Shown: positions 31,411 to 41,694, counted from the first letter of the stretch. The stretch: 64,000 bases of DNA from Bacteroidales bacterium (GCA_017645245.1 JAGCPG010000022.1:9519-73518), one strand, 5' to 3'. Numbers and translations: made by a program. The notes: generated by a model not told the origin, from the letters alone.

Positions 31411-32859
31411 TTAATAGTATCTGTAGCTCTTCACTTGACCGATGTGGCGTGCGAGACGGATCACCTGGTTGCTGTAGCCGAACTCGTTATCGTACCACAG
31501 GTAAAGGATCACGGTCTTGCCGTCGGCGCTGACCTTGGTGGCTGGAGCGTCGAAGATGCAGGCGCAGCTGTCGCCGATGCCGTCGCTCGACACAAACTCA
31601 GTGTTGTTGCTGAAACGGATCTGCTCGATGAGGTTGCCCTCAAGGCAAGCGATACGGAAGGCCTCGTTGACTTCCTCAACGGTGGTCTCGCGCTCGAGAT
31701 CGAGAGCAAGGACTGCCAAGGAAACGTCAGGCGTAGGAACACGCACGGCGTTGCTGGTGAGTTTGCCTTTCAGCTCGGGGATGGCTTTGGCAGCGGCCTT
31801 GCCGGCACCCGTCTCGGTGATCACCATGTTCAAAGCTGCTGAACGGCCACGGCGCTCTTTCTTGTGGTAGTTGTCCAAGAGGTTCTGGTCGTTGGTGTAG
31901 CTGTGAATGGTCTCGATATGGCCTTTGGTGATGCCGAAATGGTTCAGCATGACCTGCAAACCGGGAACGATGGCGTTGGTGGTGCAGGAAGCGGCTGAGA
32001 AGATGGTCTCGTTCTCAAGGTCGAGCGTGTCTTGGTTGACACCGTAAACCACGTTCGGGATGTCGCCCTTGCCGGGAGCGGTGAGCAGCACCTTGGCAAC
32101 GCCCTTGGCCTGGAGGTGACGTGACAATGCCTCACGATCGCGGAAGGCGCCGGTGTTGTCGATCAACAGAGCGTCATTGATGCCGTATTGGGTATAGTCG
32201 AGATCCTCGGGATTCTTGGCTTCGAGGAAAAGGATCTTTTGGCCGTTGACCATCATGGCATTCTCTCCTTCAACAGGAGTGCACACACCGTGGAAATAAC
32301 GGTGCACCGAGTCGGTACGGAACAGGTTGATACGCTTGAGGATGTCCTCGGGTGAGTTCTTGCGGGTGACGATGGCGCGAACGCGAAGGGTGTCACCACG
32401 GCCAGCCATCTCTGTCATCTCACGGCAGAGGATACGGCCGATACGACCGAAACCGTAGAGGATGACATCCTGAACCTTATTGCTGCGCGGATTGGCGTCG
32501 ATGATATAGGCGAGCTTGTCACGGACAAAAGCGGTGACGTTGTTGTTATACTTCTCCTTTTCATCCGTCCACTCTGAGTTGAGACGGCCGAGGTCGATAC
32601 GGGCGGGAGCTAGGTTCTCAGCCAACAGGGCCTTGGCGATAAGCAGGGAGTCCTGCACGCTAACCGGCTTGCCCAAAACGTTGGCGGCACGGAGGTGCTT
32701 GTTGAGGATCTTGCCCGATCCACGGTTGACCAACAATGAACGCAACAGAATCAGTTCCACTGATTTGTCGTACCATAACCTTCCTACGATATTAATAAGT
32801 TCGTTGGCGGCTTTTTCATTTTCATTCCATGCTTTGAGTGAGCTTTCGTAATTATCCAT
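31411..32859 (-). CDS. glyceraldehyde-3-phosphate dehydrogenase family protein (long, ~480-aa type)
   Basis: Start MDNYESSLKAWNEN at an internal Met. GFGRIGR NAD-binding motif, catalytic SAASCTTNA, C-terminal WYDNEFGYSNQV. Confidence 0.8.
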   Translation of the reverse strand: MDNYESSLKAWNENEKAANELINIVGRLWYDKSVELILLRSLLVNRGSGKILNKHLRAANVLGKPVSVQDSLLIAKALLAENLAPARIDLGRLNSEWTDEKEKYNNNVTAFVRDKLAYIIDANPRSNKVQDVILYGFGRIGRILCREMTEMAGRGDTLRVRAIVTRKNSPEDILKRINLFRTDSVHRYFHGVCTPVEGENAMMVNGQKILFLEAKNPEDLDYTQYGINDALLIDNTGAFRDREALSRHLQAKGVAKVLLTAPGKGDIPNVVYGVNQDTLDLENETIFSAASCTTNAIVPGLQVMLNHFGITKGHIETIHSYTNDQNLLDNYHKKERRGRSAALNMVITETGAGKAAAKAIPELKGKLTSNAVRVPTPDVSLAVLALDLERETTVEEVNEAFRIACLEGNLIEQIRFSNNTEFVSSDGIGDSCACIFDAPATKVSADGKTVILYLWYDNEFGYSNQVIRLARHIGQVKSYRYY

Positions 32860-32921
32860 GATATTGATTTTGTTGATGAATAGTTTAGTTTTGTGCAAAA
32901 TTAAACATTTATTTAGAAAAG

Positions 32922-32955
32922 CAAAAAAAATGGGCAAGAAAAATGCCCATTTTTC
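32922..32955. terminator. bidirectional terminator hairpin
   Basis: aaaaaaaatgggca...tgcccattttt (stem 32930-32936 / 32944-32950), just downstream of the minus-strand gene ending at 32959. Confidence 0.6.
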
Positions 32956-32958
32956 ACT

Positions 32959-33378
32959 TTATTCCTCTGTGGTGACCGGGAAAGGCAACTGGCCTGTTGA
33001 GTTTTCGATGGAAACGACGCTGTCGACCACGAATTTACTCATGCCTCGCCAAGGCAATGCCCCTAAGTACTCCTTGTAGTGAAGTTCAACGTGCTTGCCG
33101 GCGCAACGCTCCAGCTGACGGGCCACGTCCTCGTCCTTTACAGAGAAGTTGAATTCGTTCGACTGGATGGTGCCAGCGCTGTTCTTGGAAGTGTAACCCG
33201 CCTGGATGAGTCGGCCCTCGTAGGTCTTGAAGATGTAGCCCTTGTAGACGAAGAAGTTCATCTCCCCTGCCTTCACGCCGCTGCCGAAGACGAAATAAAA
33301 CTTGATTAAAAACCAGACTGCAATGGCCAATATGGCAAAAATGCCAATGCCCAAGCCAATTTTTCTACCTTTCTTCAT
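32959..33378 (-). CDS. membrane-anchored protein, unknown function
   Basis: 139 aa. Single N-terminal TM (IGLGIGIFAILAIAVWFLIKFYFVF). No motif recognised. Confidence 0.5.
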   Translation of the reverse strand: MKKGRKIGLGIGIFAILAIAVWFLIKFYFVFGSGVKAGEMNFFVYKGYIFKTYEGRLIQAGYTSKNSAGTIQSNEFNFSVKDEDVARQLERCAGKHVELHYKEYLGALPWRGMSKFVVDSVVSIENSTGQLPFPVTTEE

Positions 33379-33420
33379 AAAAGTTTCAGTTTGTCGTTAT
33401 CAACGGCAAAGATAAAACTT

Positions 33421-34287
33421 TTATCGATTCAAATACATCTGATAGAGCGCAGAATTTGTTCCGCTCTTCAAACGCTTCAGCACACGGTCCCTGATTTGGC
33501 GGGTCCGCTCACGCGAAATGCCCATGGTTAGGGCGATCTCGTCAAGCGAATATTCCCTGGGCGTGCCGATGCCATAGTACATGTTGATCACCTGACGTTC
33601 CTTTTCGGAAAGGGAGCTCAGAGCGCGGTTGATGGCGTTGTTGTCCGACTCGTTCTCCACGGCTTGGTCGGTGGCGGTGGAATCCTGGTCCACGTACACA
33701 TCGAGGAAGCTGCCGTCGTCGTCATCGTCCAGAGGGGCGTCGGTGGAGATCTGACGCATGTTCATGCCCATCAGGCTCTGCACCTTCGACTCGGGAAGAT
33801 CCATCTCCTTGGCCAGCTCGGCCGTTGAAGGCTTCCTTTGGTATTCCTGCTCCAGCATGGCGGCGGTCTTCTTCAGCTTGCTGACGGCACCCACCTGGTT
33901 GAGTGGCAATCTAATGATACGGGCCTGTTCGGCCACTGCCTGAAGGATCGACTGGCGGATCCACCACACGGCGTATGAGATGAACTTGAAGCCCCTGGTC
34001 TCGTCAAAACGTTGCGCCGCCTTGATCAAGCCGAGGTTGCCCTCGTTGATGAGGTCTTGGAGCGACAGTCCCTGGTTTTGGTACTGCTTGGCCACGGAGA
34101 CCACGAAGCGGAGGTTGGCTCTTACCAAACGATCGAGCGCACGCTGGTCTCCTTCCTTGATGCGTTGGGCCAGTTCAACCTCCTCCTCGGGGGTGACCAG
34201 GCTCTCCTTCGCGATGTCCTGGAGATACTTCTCCAAGGTACCGGCATCGCGGTTGGTGATCGATTTTGTGATTTTCAGTTGTTTCAT
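33421..34287 (-). CDS. rpoD: primary RNA polymerase sigma factor (sigma-70 family, Bacteroidota sigma-A)
   Basis: Region 2 (NLRFVVSVAKQYQNQGLSLQDLINEGNLGLIKAAQRFD..GFKFISYAVWWIRQ) and region 4 (LDEIALTMGISRERTRQIRDRVLKRLK). Confidence 0.9.
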   Translation of the reverse strand: MKQLKITKSITNRDAGTLEKYLQDIAKESLVTPEEEVELAQRIKEGDQRALDRLVRANLRFVVSVAKQYQNQGLSLQDLINEGNLGLIKAAQRFDETRGFKFISYAVWWIRQSILQAVAEQARIIRLPLNQVGAVSKLKKTAAMLEQEYQRKPSTAELAKEMDLPESKVQSLMGMNMRQISTDAPLDDDDDGSFLDVYVDQDSTATDQAVENESDNNAINRALSSLSEKERQVINMYYGIGTPREYSLDEIALTMGISRERTRQIRDRVLKRLKSGTNSALYQMYLNR

Positions 34288-34307
34288 AATCTTTTAGTTA
34301 TTGGGTT

Positions 34308-35687
34308 TTAGTTGTAATACTCGAATGTCATCCTCATGCCGTTCGGATACACGCCTTCGATGTAGGTCTTGCGTGAACGGTTCGAGGCGAGTGCGCTCTC
34401 GAGATCGGCCTTGGATGCCACGGCCTTTCCGTCGATAGCGGTGATGATAAATCCTTCAACGCCAGCACCTTGGAAGGGCCCTTGACGAATCTCAACAACC
34501 TTGAGTCCGCTGTTGAGGCCCAGTCTCTTCAACTCCTGCTTGTTGACGGGCTGCAGCACCAAACCGAAGGTGCCGTTGAAGAAGCTTTCCCCTCTTTTAA
34601 CCATCTCGGTGGATCCTGATTCGTTGAGGAGTTTTACTTTATAGGTGTCGGGACGGCCGTTGCGTATCACGTTGATTTTCACCTCGTCGCCTGGGCGATA
34701 CTGACGGACCGATTCCAGGAGCTGAGTCACCGAGTTCACCTCGGTCCCGTTGATGCGTGTCAGCACGTCGCCTTGCTTCAATCCAGCCTTCTCGGCAGCG
34801 CCGTCAGGTGTGATTCCAGCAACATACACGCCTTTGATCTCCTTCATGCCGGCCTTTTCAGCCAGCTTGGCGTTCATCTCCAGCGGGTTGAGTCCGATGT
34901 AGGCGCGTTGGGTCTCGCCGTACATCAGCAGGTCGTCGACCACTTTGCGGACGATGTTCGACGGGATGGCGAAGGAATAGCCTTCGTAGGAGCCAGTATG
35001 CGATGCAATGGCCGCGTTGATGCCGATCAGCTCGCCTCGAGTGTTGACCAAAGCGCCGCCACTGTTGCCACGGTTCACGGCCGCATCGGTCTGGATGAAC
35101 GACTCCACATTGCTGCCTTCACCCAAGATGCTGATGTCGCGCGCCTTGGCACTGACGATACCTGCCGTCACCGTGGAAGTTAGATTGAAGGGATTGCCAA
35201 CGGCAAGCACCCACTCACCCACTTTCACCTTGTCGGAGTCGCCAAACACCAAGTAGTTCAAGTCGGAGCCGTCCACCTTGATCAATGCCAGATCTGAAGT
35301 GGGATCGGTGCCGATGATATTGGCCTCGCGAACCACCTTGTTATTAAAGGTGACCTCAATGGCGTCAGCGCCTTCCACGACGTGGTTGTTGGTGACGATA
35401 TAGCCGTCGGGCGAAAGCACCACGCCCGAACCGTAGGCAACCATGGTGTTGGTCTGTGTCTGTCCGGGAATGCCATAAAGATGCTCAAAGAAAGCACCGA
35501 AGAAATCGTTGTATGTAGCGGTCTTGCGGACGATCGTGGTCTTGATGTGGACAACGGCGTTCACACTGGCTTCAGCGGCATCCACAAAGTCAGGGGCATC
35601 CTCCCTGGGAGCGAAGGACGACATGCCAATCATGGCGATAAAAAGCACTGCCACCATCATAGTGGCCTTCATCGTTTTCTTTAACAT
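34308..35687 (-). CDS. HtrA/DegQ-family serine endoprotease with PDZ domains
   Basis: TNNHVV (His), D..LIKV (Asp) and GNSGGALVN (Ser) catalytic blocks, plus two PDZ-like segments. Confidence 0.85.
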   Translation of the reverse strand: MLKKTMKATMMVAVLFIAMIGMSSFAPREDAPDFVDAAEASVNAVVHIKTTIVRKTATYNDFFGAFFEHLYGIPGQTQTNTMVAYGSGVVLSPDGYIVTNNHVVEGADAIEVTFNNKVVREANIIGTDPTSDLALIKVDGSDLNYLVFGDSDKVKVGEWVLAVGNPFNLTSTVTAGIVSAKARDISILGEGSNVESFIQTDAAVNRGNSGGALVNTRGELIGINAAIASHTGSYEGYSFAIPSNIVRKVVDDLLMYGETQRAYIGLNPLEMNAKLAEKAGMKEIKGVYVAGITPDGAAEKAGLKQGDVLTRINGTEVNSVTQLLESVRQYRPGDEVKINVIRNGRPDTYKVKLLNESGSTEMVKRGESFFNGTFGLVLQPVNKQELKRLGLNSGLKVVEIRQGPFQGAGVEGFIITAIDGKAVASKADLESALASNRSRKTYIEGVYPNGMRMTFEYYN

Positions 35688-35803
35688 CTTGCTATTTCTT
35701 GTTTATTGGTTTTTCAATATAATGCACATTTTCCAACTTTATTGCGTTGAAAAGTGTATTTTTGTCAAAAAAATGACAGAAAGAAATAATCAAAAAGCGT
35801 GCC

Positions 35804-36328
35804 ATGATGTTCATTTCTGAAGAAAGAATTTCACTAAGGATCGCGGAACCCGAGGATGCCCGACAGATTTATGAATGGGAGAACGACCGCAACTTGTGGA
35901 GGGTGAGCGAGACCAGCAATCCCATCTCGCAATTTCAGATAGAGCAATTCCTGCTTGGCAACGGCGATCTTGTCACCAACCGGCAGCTCCGCCTGATGAT
36001 CAACCTGAAGGGTGCCGACAAGGCCATCGGCTGCATCGATCTCTTTGAATATGATCCCATCAACGGCCATATCGGCATCGGCATCTTGATTGAGCAAGCC
36101 TATCGCGAGCAAGGTTATGCCAAATCGGCACTCGCCCTGTGCATCGACTACCTTTTTAATAACGTCATGGTCCATCAGGTTCATTGCCTCATCGACGGGC
36201 AGAACAAAGAAAGCCAACACATCTTCGAGAAGCTGGGATTCAAGCCGTGCGGCACCAGAAAGGACTGGATCAAGACTCCTGAAGGCTACATCGATGCCAT
36301 TTTCTACCAAAAGTTCCAACAGCCATGA
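35804..36328 (+). CDS. GNAT-family N-acetyltransferase
   Basis: 174 aa. RimJ/RimL-like pattern: LRIAEPEDARQIYEWEND ... YREQGYAKSAL. Confidence 0.7.
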   Translation: MMFISEERISLRIAEPEDARQIYEWENDRNLWRVSETSNPISQFQIEQFLLGNGDLVTNRQLRLMINLKGADKAIGCIDLFEYDPINGHIGIGILIEQAYREQGYAKSALALCIDYLFNNVMVHQVHCLIDGQNKESQHIFEKLGFKPCGTRKDWIKTPEGYIDAIFYQKFQQP

Positions 36329-37356
36329 AAAAACGTCTGACCATAGTGCTCGGCCTCGTTGCCATCCTCCTGGTTGTTGCCATTTTGGCAGGTTTCAGGC
36401 TGTACAACATGGTGATGAAGCCCAATGTCATGACACCCGACCAAAAGGAATTCTCCCTGTACATCCCTACGGGCGCCGACTTCGACCAAGTCAAGGATTC
36501 CTTGTATGGCAACCGTTTGATCATTGATCCGGCCAGCTTCGAATGGGTTGCCAGGCACAAAGACTATCCCAGCCATGTGAAACCCGGCCGTTATGTCCTG
36601 AAAAACGGGATGGGCAACAACCAGCTGACCAACATGCTTCGAGGCGGATTGCAGACCCCTGTGAAGGTCACTTTCAACAACATCCGCGACGTGAAGATGC
36701 TGGCGGGACGCATTGGCACTCAGATCGAGGCCGATTCCACAGCCATCCTAGCTTATCTTAAGGATAATGTCAATCTCAATAAATTGGGATTCAATTCTTT
36801 AACTATTCCAACGATGTTCCTTCCCAATACCTACGAATTTTATTGGAACACCGATGCTGAGAGATTTGTGGAGAAGATGAAAGGCGAATATGACAAATTC
36901 TGGAACGAGGAGCGACGAAACAAAGCTAGAGCTCTAGGCCTCTCCCCTGTCCAAGTCAGCATTTTGGCCTCCATCGTCGACAAGGAGACCAACAAGACCG
37001 ACGAGATGCCCCGAATCGCTGGAGTTTATCTGAACCGATTACGTAGCGGATGGCTGCTGCAGGCCGATCCTACCTTGGTCTTCGCCGTAGGCGACTTCGA
37101 CTTGAAACGCGTGCTCAACGTCCATAAGGAAGTGGAATCGCCCTATAACACCTACAAATACGCCGGACTGCCTCCAGGACCTATCTGCATCCCCTCGCTG
37201 CAAGCAATTAATTCAGTTTTAGATGCGGAGAAACACAAATTTTACTATTTTTGTGCGAAAGACGACTTTTCCGGCTACCACGTCTTCGCCAAAACGTTGA
37301 CTGAACACAATCGTAACGCACAGCGATACCAACGTGCCTTGAGCCGAATTCTCTAA
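36325..37356 (+). CDS. mltG: endolytic murein transglycosylase MltG (YceG-like)
   Basis: N-terminal TM. ILASIVDKETNKTDEMPRIAGVYLNRL and NTYKYAGLPPGPICIPS motifs. Confidence 0.85.
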   Translation: MKKRLTIVLGLVAILLVVAILAGFRLYNMVMKPNVMTPDQKEFSLYIPTGADFDQVKDSLYGNRLIIDPASFEWVARHKDYPSHVKPGRYVLKNGMGNNQLTNMLRGGLQTPVKVTFNNIRDVKMLAGRIGTQIEADSTAILAYLKDNVNLNKLGFNSLTIPTMFLPNTYEFYWNTDAERFVEKMKGEYDKFWNEERRNKARALGLSPVQVSILASIVDKETNKTDEMPRIAGVYLNRLRSGWLLQADPTLVFAVGDFDLKRVLNVHKEVESPYNTYKYAGLPPGPICIPSLQAINSVLDAEKHKFYYFCAKDDFSGYHVFAKTLTEHNRNAQRYQRALSRIL

Positions 37357-37376
37357 ATTCTTAAAATCAAATCAAA

Positions 37377-38723
37377 ATGAAAGCATTCAAAGCATACGAC
37401 ATCAGAGGCGAATGGGGCACTGACCTCAACGAGGAAATCGCCTACAGAATCGGTTTTTTCCTGCACCGCATCCTCGACGTGAACACGGTGCTGGTGGGAC
37501 GCGACATGCGTCTTTCGTCGGACACCTTCTTCGATTGCCTGACCCGAGGTATCACCGACAGTGGCGTCAACGTGGATGAAATCGGCCTCTCCACCACCCC
37601 CATGGTCTATTGGAGCACGGCCAAATACGGCTACGACGCCTCGGTGATGATCACCGCGTCGCATAACCCCAAGCACCACAACGGCTTGAAGATCTCCAAG
37701 ACCAACGCACTGCCTGTGGGTTACGACACAGGGCTCAACAAACTTGAGGCCTTCGTGGAAAGCGACGAGGCTTGCGTGCCTGTCGCCAAAAAGGGTGTCA
37801 TCCGCCACAAGGAAGTCAAGGAGGACTACCTGAAGTTCCAACGTGCCTACGTGGGCGACCTTTCCAACCTCAACATCGGGGTGGACTGCAGCAATGGCAT
37901 GTCGTCGATCTTCGTCCATGAGCTCATCGGTAAGGCACATTATATTAATGATGTGCTCGACGGCAGCTTCCCCAACCACGAGCCGAATCCCCTGGAGGCC
38001 GAGAGCCAAGAGCAGATCAAGGCTTTGGTCAAGAAGGAGAAATGCGACATCGGATTGCTGTTTGACGGCGACGCCGACCGCATCACCTTCATCGACGAAC
38101 TGGGCAACTTCATTTCACCTGACCTGATCATCGCCTTCCTGGGCAACTATTTCATCGGCGAGAAGCATGAGAAAGGCATTGTTCTGCAGGATATCCGCAG
38201 CTCCCGTGCCATCCAGGAATACCTCAACCGTTACCAGGCCAAGGTGGAGACTTGGCGCGTGGGCCGTGCCTACGCCGCGCTGAAGCTCCGTGAGCTGGAC
38301 GGCGTGTATGGCGGTGAACTGGCCGGACACTATTACTTCCGTGAGTTCTTCTATTCTGATTCCGCACTGTTGGCCGCCTCCATTGTGTTGCGCCTGTTGG
38401 CCGAGTTCAAGCGTCAGGGCCGAACCATGAGCGACATCGTCAAGGAGATCACTCCTTATTATAATTCAGGCGAGATCAATTTCAAGTTGAATAGGAAACA
38501 GGAGGCCATGGATGCTGTGCGTGACCATTATTCCAAACTCCAGACCCCTGAGCGCTTCCTCGACTTCGACGGTTATCGCCTCGACTATCCCGACTGGTGG
38601 CTCAACATCAGGCCTTCCAACACTGAGCCTTACCTCCGTTTTTTGGCTGAGGCCAAGAGCGAAAGCCGCTTGAAAGAGATCGTGAAAGAAGTCTCGGATA
38701 TTATTCATACCTTTGCGGACTGA
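37377..38723 (+). CDS. phosphomannomutase/phosphoglucomutase (alpha-D-phosphohexomutase)
   Basis: Active-site TASHNPKHHNGLK, metal loop FDGDADR, sugar-binding GGELAGH. Confidence 0.8.
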   Translation: MKAFKAYDIRGEWGTDLNEEIAYRIGFFLHRILDVNTVLVGRDMRLSSDTFFDCLTRGITDSGVNVDEIGLSTTPMVYWSTAKYGYDASVMITASHNPKHHNGLKISKTNALPVGYDTGLNKLEAFVESDEACVPVAKKGVIRHKEVKEDYLKFQRAYVGDLSNLNIGVDCSNGMSSIFVHELIGKAHYINDVLDGSFPNHEPNPLEAESQEQIKALVKKEKCDIGLLFDGDADRITFIDELGNFISPDLIIAFLGNYFIGEKHEKGIVLQDIRSSRAIQEYLNRYQAKVETWRVGRAYAALKLRELDGVYGGELAGHYYFREFFYSDSALLAASIVLRLLAEFKRQGRTMSDIVKEITPYYNSGEINFKLNRKQEAMDAVRDHYSKLQTPERFLDFDGYRLDYPDWWLNIRPSNTEPYLRFLAEAKSESRLKEIVKEVSDIIHTFAD

Positions 38724-38731
38724 AAACAACT

Positions 38732-39160
38732 GTGACATCTGAAATGAAAAGACTTACCATATTTCTTTTGACAACGCTATGCCTCCTTTTTGCCAGCTGC
38801 GGCAACAATGTCGAGAAAGCAAGGGTTGCCTTCGACAAAGGCCTTGACTTGATGTTTCGCAACTCCAAGTTCAAAGAGGCTGAAGAACAGTTTTCCATTG
38901 CCATCAAATATGACAAGGCCAACTACGAGGCTTATTATTACCGTGGATGCGCCAAGTTTAACCAAAAGCAATACAGCGAGGCCATTGTGGATTATGAAAA
39001 GGCCTTGGAGTTGAAGTCTGACTATGCCGATGCGGAGTTTTCGCTAGGTCAGGTATATTTCATCCTCAACGACCACGAAATGTCATGCTATTACTATAAG
39101 GCTGCCAAACGTGATGGCAGGCCGAATATGGACGATTTTCTGAAAGCTTGTCCTGATTAA
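38732..39160 (+). CDS. TPR-repeat lipoprotein
   Basis: LLFASCGNN lipobox (alternative start MKRL at 38744). YEAYYYRGCAKFNQKQYSEAIVDYEKALEL TPR pattern. Confidence 0.6.
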   Translation: MTSEMKRLTIFLLTTLCLLFASCGNNVEKARVAFDKGLDLMFRNSKFKEAEEQFSIAIKYDKANYEAYYYRGCAKFNQKQYSEAIVDYEKALELKSDYADAEFSLGQVYFILNDHEMSCYYYKAAKRDGRPNMDDFLKACPD

Positions 39161-39774
39161 TCGAAACCTTTGAGATCGGGCGCGCTGAAGTTTTCAATGC
39201 TGATGACGTCGCCATCTTCGTTGTAGGTCTTCCAAATGCCTGTTTTCTTGTCGTTGTGGAATTGGCCTTCCTCTTTCAGTGCCCCTGAAGGATAGTAGTT
39301 CTTTGCCGGGCCTTCCATGATGTCGTTGACATACTGCCGTTCCGACATTAGAACCCCCGTCTCAAAGTAAGTTTTCGAGAGGCCGTTTGCCATGCCGTTT
39401 TTATACTCTTCTACGGTGAGAAGTTTGCCGTCTTCTGTAAAGAAGCGCCATTCCCCGTCCTTTTGCTGGTTCAGGTAATAGCCAGTGGCGATCATTGTTC
39501 CATTGGGCGCATAGGTTTTGTTGAGCGCCTTCGTTCCCGACTTGTCGAAGGTGTTGGTGGCTTTCAGGATTCCTTTCTCATCATAATAGGTGAAGGTACC
39601 TTGGCACTTGTCGTCCTTGAACTTACCTTCGTAACGCTTCTGCCCATTGGGATAATAGTCCATCCACAAGCCTTGTCTGCGGCCTTTGGAATCCTTGCGG
39701 TTATGATCCTGGGCGTTTAACGGGAGGTTTCCGAGAAGGAAAATACAGAGTATTGCGATAAGGATTTTTCTCAT
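39157..39774 (-). CDS. MORN-repeat (YwqK-like) protein
   Basis: Signal peptide. Repeated G.W..YY.NG....EG.F.....G modules. Confidence 0.6.
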   Translation of the reverse strand: MRKILIAILCIFLLGNLPLNAQDHNRKDSKGRRQGLWMDYYPNGQKRYEGKFKDDKCQGTFTYYDEKGILKATNTFDKSGTKALNKTYAPNGTMIATGYYLNQQKDGEWRFFTEDGKLLTVEEYKNGMANGLSKTYFETGVLMSERQYVNDIMEGPAKNYYPSGALKEEGQFHNDKKTGIWKTYNEDGDVISIENFSAPDLKGFD

Positions 39775-39857
39775 AATTTGTTTTTATTTACAAAAATACT
39801 AAATTTGCATTTTGTTTTACGAATTAACGGAAGATTAACTCAATTATTATAGGTAAA

Positions 39858-41240
39858 ATGACACTGATCAAATCCATTTCGGGCATCCGCGGTACCATTG
39901 GCGGTGTTCCCGGCGACAACCTCACTCCTATCGACATGGTGAAATTCACTGCTGCTTTTGTGAAATTCGTCCAACGTAAAGGCATTGAAAGGCCCCGTAT
40001 CGTTGTGGGTCGCGATGCCCGCATGTCGGGTTTCTTTGTAAACCAGATCGTTTGCGGCACCTTGCAAGCCATGGGCGCCGACGTGTTGGACATCGGCTTA
40101 AGCACCACACCAACCACTGAGATTGCCGTTACGGGACTGAAGGCCGACGCCGGTATCATCCTCACCGCAAGCCACAATCCCGCACAATGGAACGCCTTGA
40201 AGCTCCTCAACGAAAAAGGCGAGTTCATCTCCGCCGCCGAAGGCGCATGGCTGCTCGACGTGGCTGCCCGCGATGAGTTTGAGTTCGTCACGATTGACAA
40301 GATCGGCAGCTACCAACAGGTGGACGGCTGGATCGACAAGCATGTGGAGATGGTATGCCAGCTGCCTCTAGTTAACAAAGAGGTGATCAAGCAGGCGCAT
40401 TTCAAGGTGGCTGTCGATGCCGTCAACTCAACCGGAGGCATAGCCATTCCGAAGATGCTGCGTGCCTTGGGCGTGGACGACATCCTGGAGCTGAACTGCG
40501 AGCCTACGGGTAACTTTGCCCATACGCCAGAGCCGTTGGCACAGAACCTCACCGACATCTGCCGCTACGTGCGTGAACAAGGCTGCGACTTCGGTGTGGT
40601 GGTCGATCCCGACGTGGACCGACTGGTCTTTGTAAAGGAAGATGGTGAGCTGTTTGGCGAGGAATACACCTTGGTATCGGTGGCCGACTTCGTGCTGAAG
40701 CACACGCCTGGATCGACGGTTTCCAACCTCTCTTCAACCCGTGCCTTACGCGACGTGACCCGTGGTCATGGACAAGAGTATTTTGCCGCTGCCGTGGGCG
40801 AGGTCAATGTGGTGGAGAAGATGAAGGAAGTCGACGCCGTGATCGGTGGCGAGGGCAACGGCGGTGTCATCTATCCTGAGATCCATTATGGCCGTGATGC
40901 TTTGGTGGGCACTGCCCTCTTCCTGACACAGCTGGCTGAGAAGCGCATTAAGTGCTCCGAGCTGAAGAAGACGTATCCGGCCTATTTCATGTCGAAAAAC
41001 AAGATTCAACTCACTGAGGGTATGGATGTTGACGGCATCCTTGCCAAGTTTGCCGAGAAGTTCAAGAACGAGAAGGTCACCACGATCGATGGTGTCAAGA
41101 TCGATTTCGAGGAAGGCTGGGTGCACTTACGCAAGTCGAACACCGAGCCCATCATCCGCATCTATTCCGAAGGCAAGTCGGAGGCCGAGGCCGAAAGGTT
41201 TGCCCAGATGATCCTCAGTTGCAAAGACATACTGCAATGA
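39858..41240 (+). CDS. glmM: phosphoglucosamine mutase
   Basis: TASHNPAQWNALKL active site, VDPDVDRL metal loop, GGEGNGG sugar loop. 460 aa. Confidence 0.8.
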   Translation: MTLIKSISGIRGTIGGVPGDNLTPIDMVKFTAAFVKFVQRKGIERPRIVVGRDARMSGFFVNQIVCGTLQAMGADVLDIGLSTTPTTEIAVTGLKADAGIILTASHNPAQWNALKLLNEKGEFISAAEGAWLLDVAARDEFEFVTIDKIGSYQQVDGWIDKHVEMVCQLPLVNKEVIKQAHFKVAVDAVNSTGGIAIPKMLRALGVDDILELNCEPTGNFAHTPEPLAQNLTDICRYVREQGCDFGVVVDPDVDRLVFVKEDGELFGEEYTLVSVADFVLKHTPGSTVSNLSSTRALRDVTRGHGQEYFAAAVGEVNVVEKMKEVDAVIGGEGNGGVIYPEIHYGRDALVGTALFLTQLAEKRIKCSELKKTYPAYFMSKNKIQLTEGMDVDGILAKFAEKFKNEKVTTIDGVKIDFEEGWVHLRKSNTEPIIRIYSEGKSEAEAERFAQMILSCKDILQ

Positions 41241-41500
41241 AAAACAAGAAAAACAAGCGTTCGGCGAAGAGTTACCAGTACCATGCGGTGACTTTCAAAC
41301 TATCGCAGGGTCAGTACCGGTCCTTGCGGAATTACTGCAAGGCTCGTCGCACTACGCCGATCAAGCTGATCAAGCGAAGCATCTCGCGATTCATCAGCAA
41401 CTACGAGTATGAGGTTCCGCCTGAGCTGTACGTCACTGAGAACCAGCTGGAGCTTTTCGAAGAAAGTCCTGATTATCAAGGTACTGCGAAATTATTTTAA
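41237..41500 (+). CDS. small basic hypothetical protein
   Basis: MKNKKNKRSAKSYQYHAV... (87 aa). ATGA overlap with the glmM stop. No recognisable motif. Confidence 0.35.
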   Translation: MKNKKNKRSAKSYQYHAVTFKLSQGQYRSLRNYCKARRTTPIKLIKRSISRFISNYEYEVPPELYVTENQLELFEESPDYQGTAKLF

Positions 41501-41540
41501 AAAATTTCGAAAAAAAGGTTGCGGATAAGCATAAAAGGTC

Positions 41541-41548
41541 TATCTTTG
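41541..41548 (+). promoter_or_regulatory. -7 promoter box (TATCTTTG) for tRNA-Ser
   Basis: tatctttg ends 20 nt upstream of the tRNA 5' end. Confidence 0.45.
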
Positions 41549-41567
41549 CACACGCAATTCGCACCAC

Positions 41568-41656
41568 GGAGAGGTGGGTGAGTGGCTGAAACCAACAGTT
41601 TGCTAAACTGTCGTATCCCGCAAGGGGTACCGGGGGTTCGAATCCCCCCTTCTCCG
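41568..41656 (+). tRNA. tRNA-Ser (anticodon GCU), class II with long variable arm
   Basis: Acceptor GGAGAGG/CTTCTCC. Anticodon stem ACAGT/ACTGT with loop TTGCTAA. Variable arm GTATCCC-GCAA-GGGGTAC. T-arm GGGGG-TTCGAAT-CCCCC. No encoded CCA. Confidence 0.85.
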
Positions 41657-41665
41657 CGAAGAAAG

Positions 41666-41694
41666 AAGACGATGTTAGGCATCGTCTTTCTTTT
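41666..41694 (+). terminator. terminator-like hairpin between the two tRNA genes
   Basis: aagacgatg (41666-41674) pairs with catcgtctt (41680-41688), followed by tcttttc. Confidence 0.4.
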
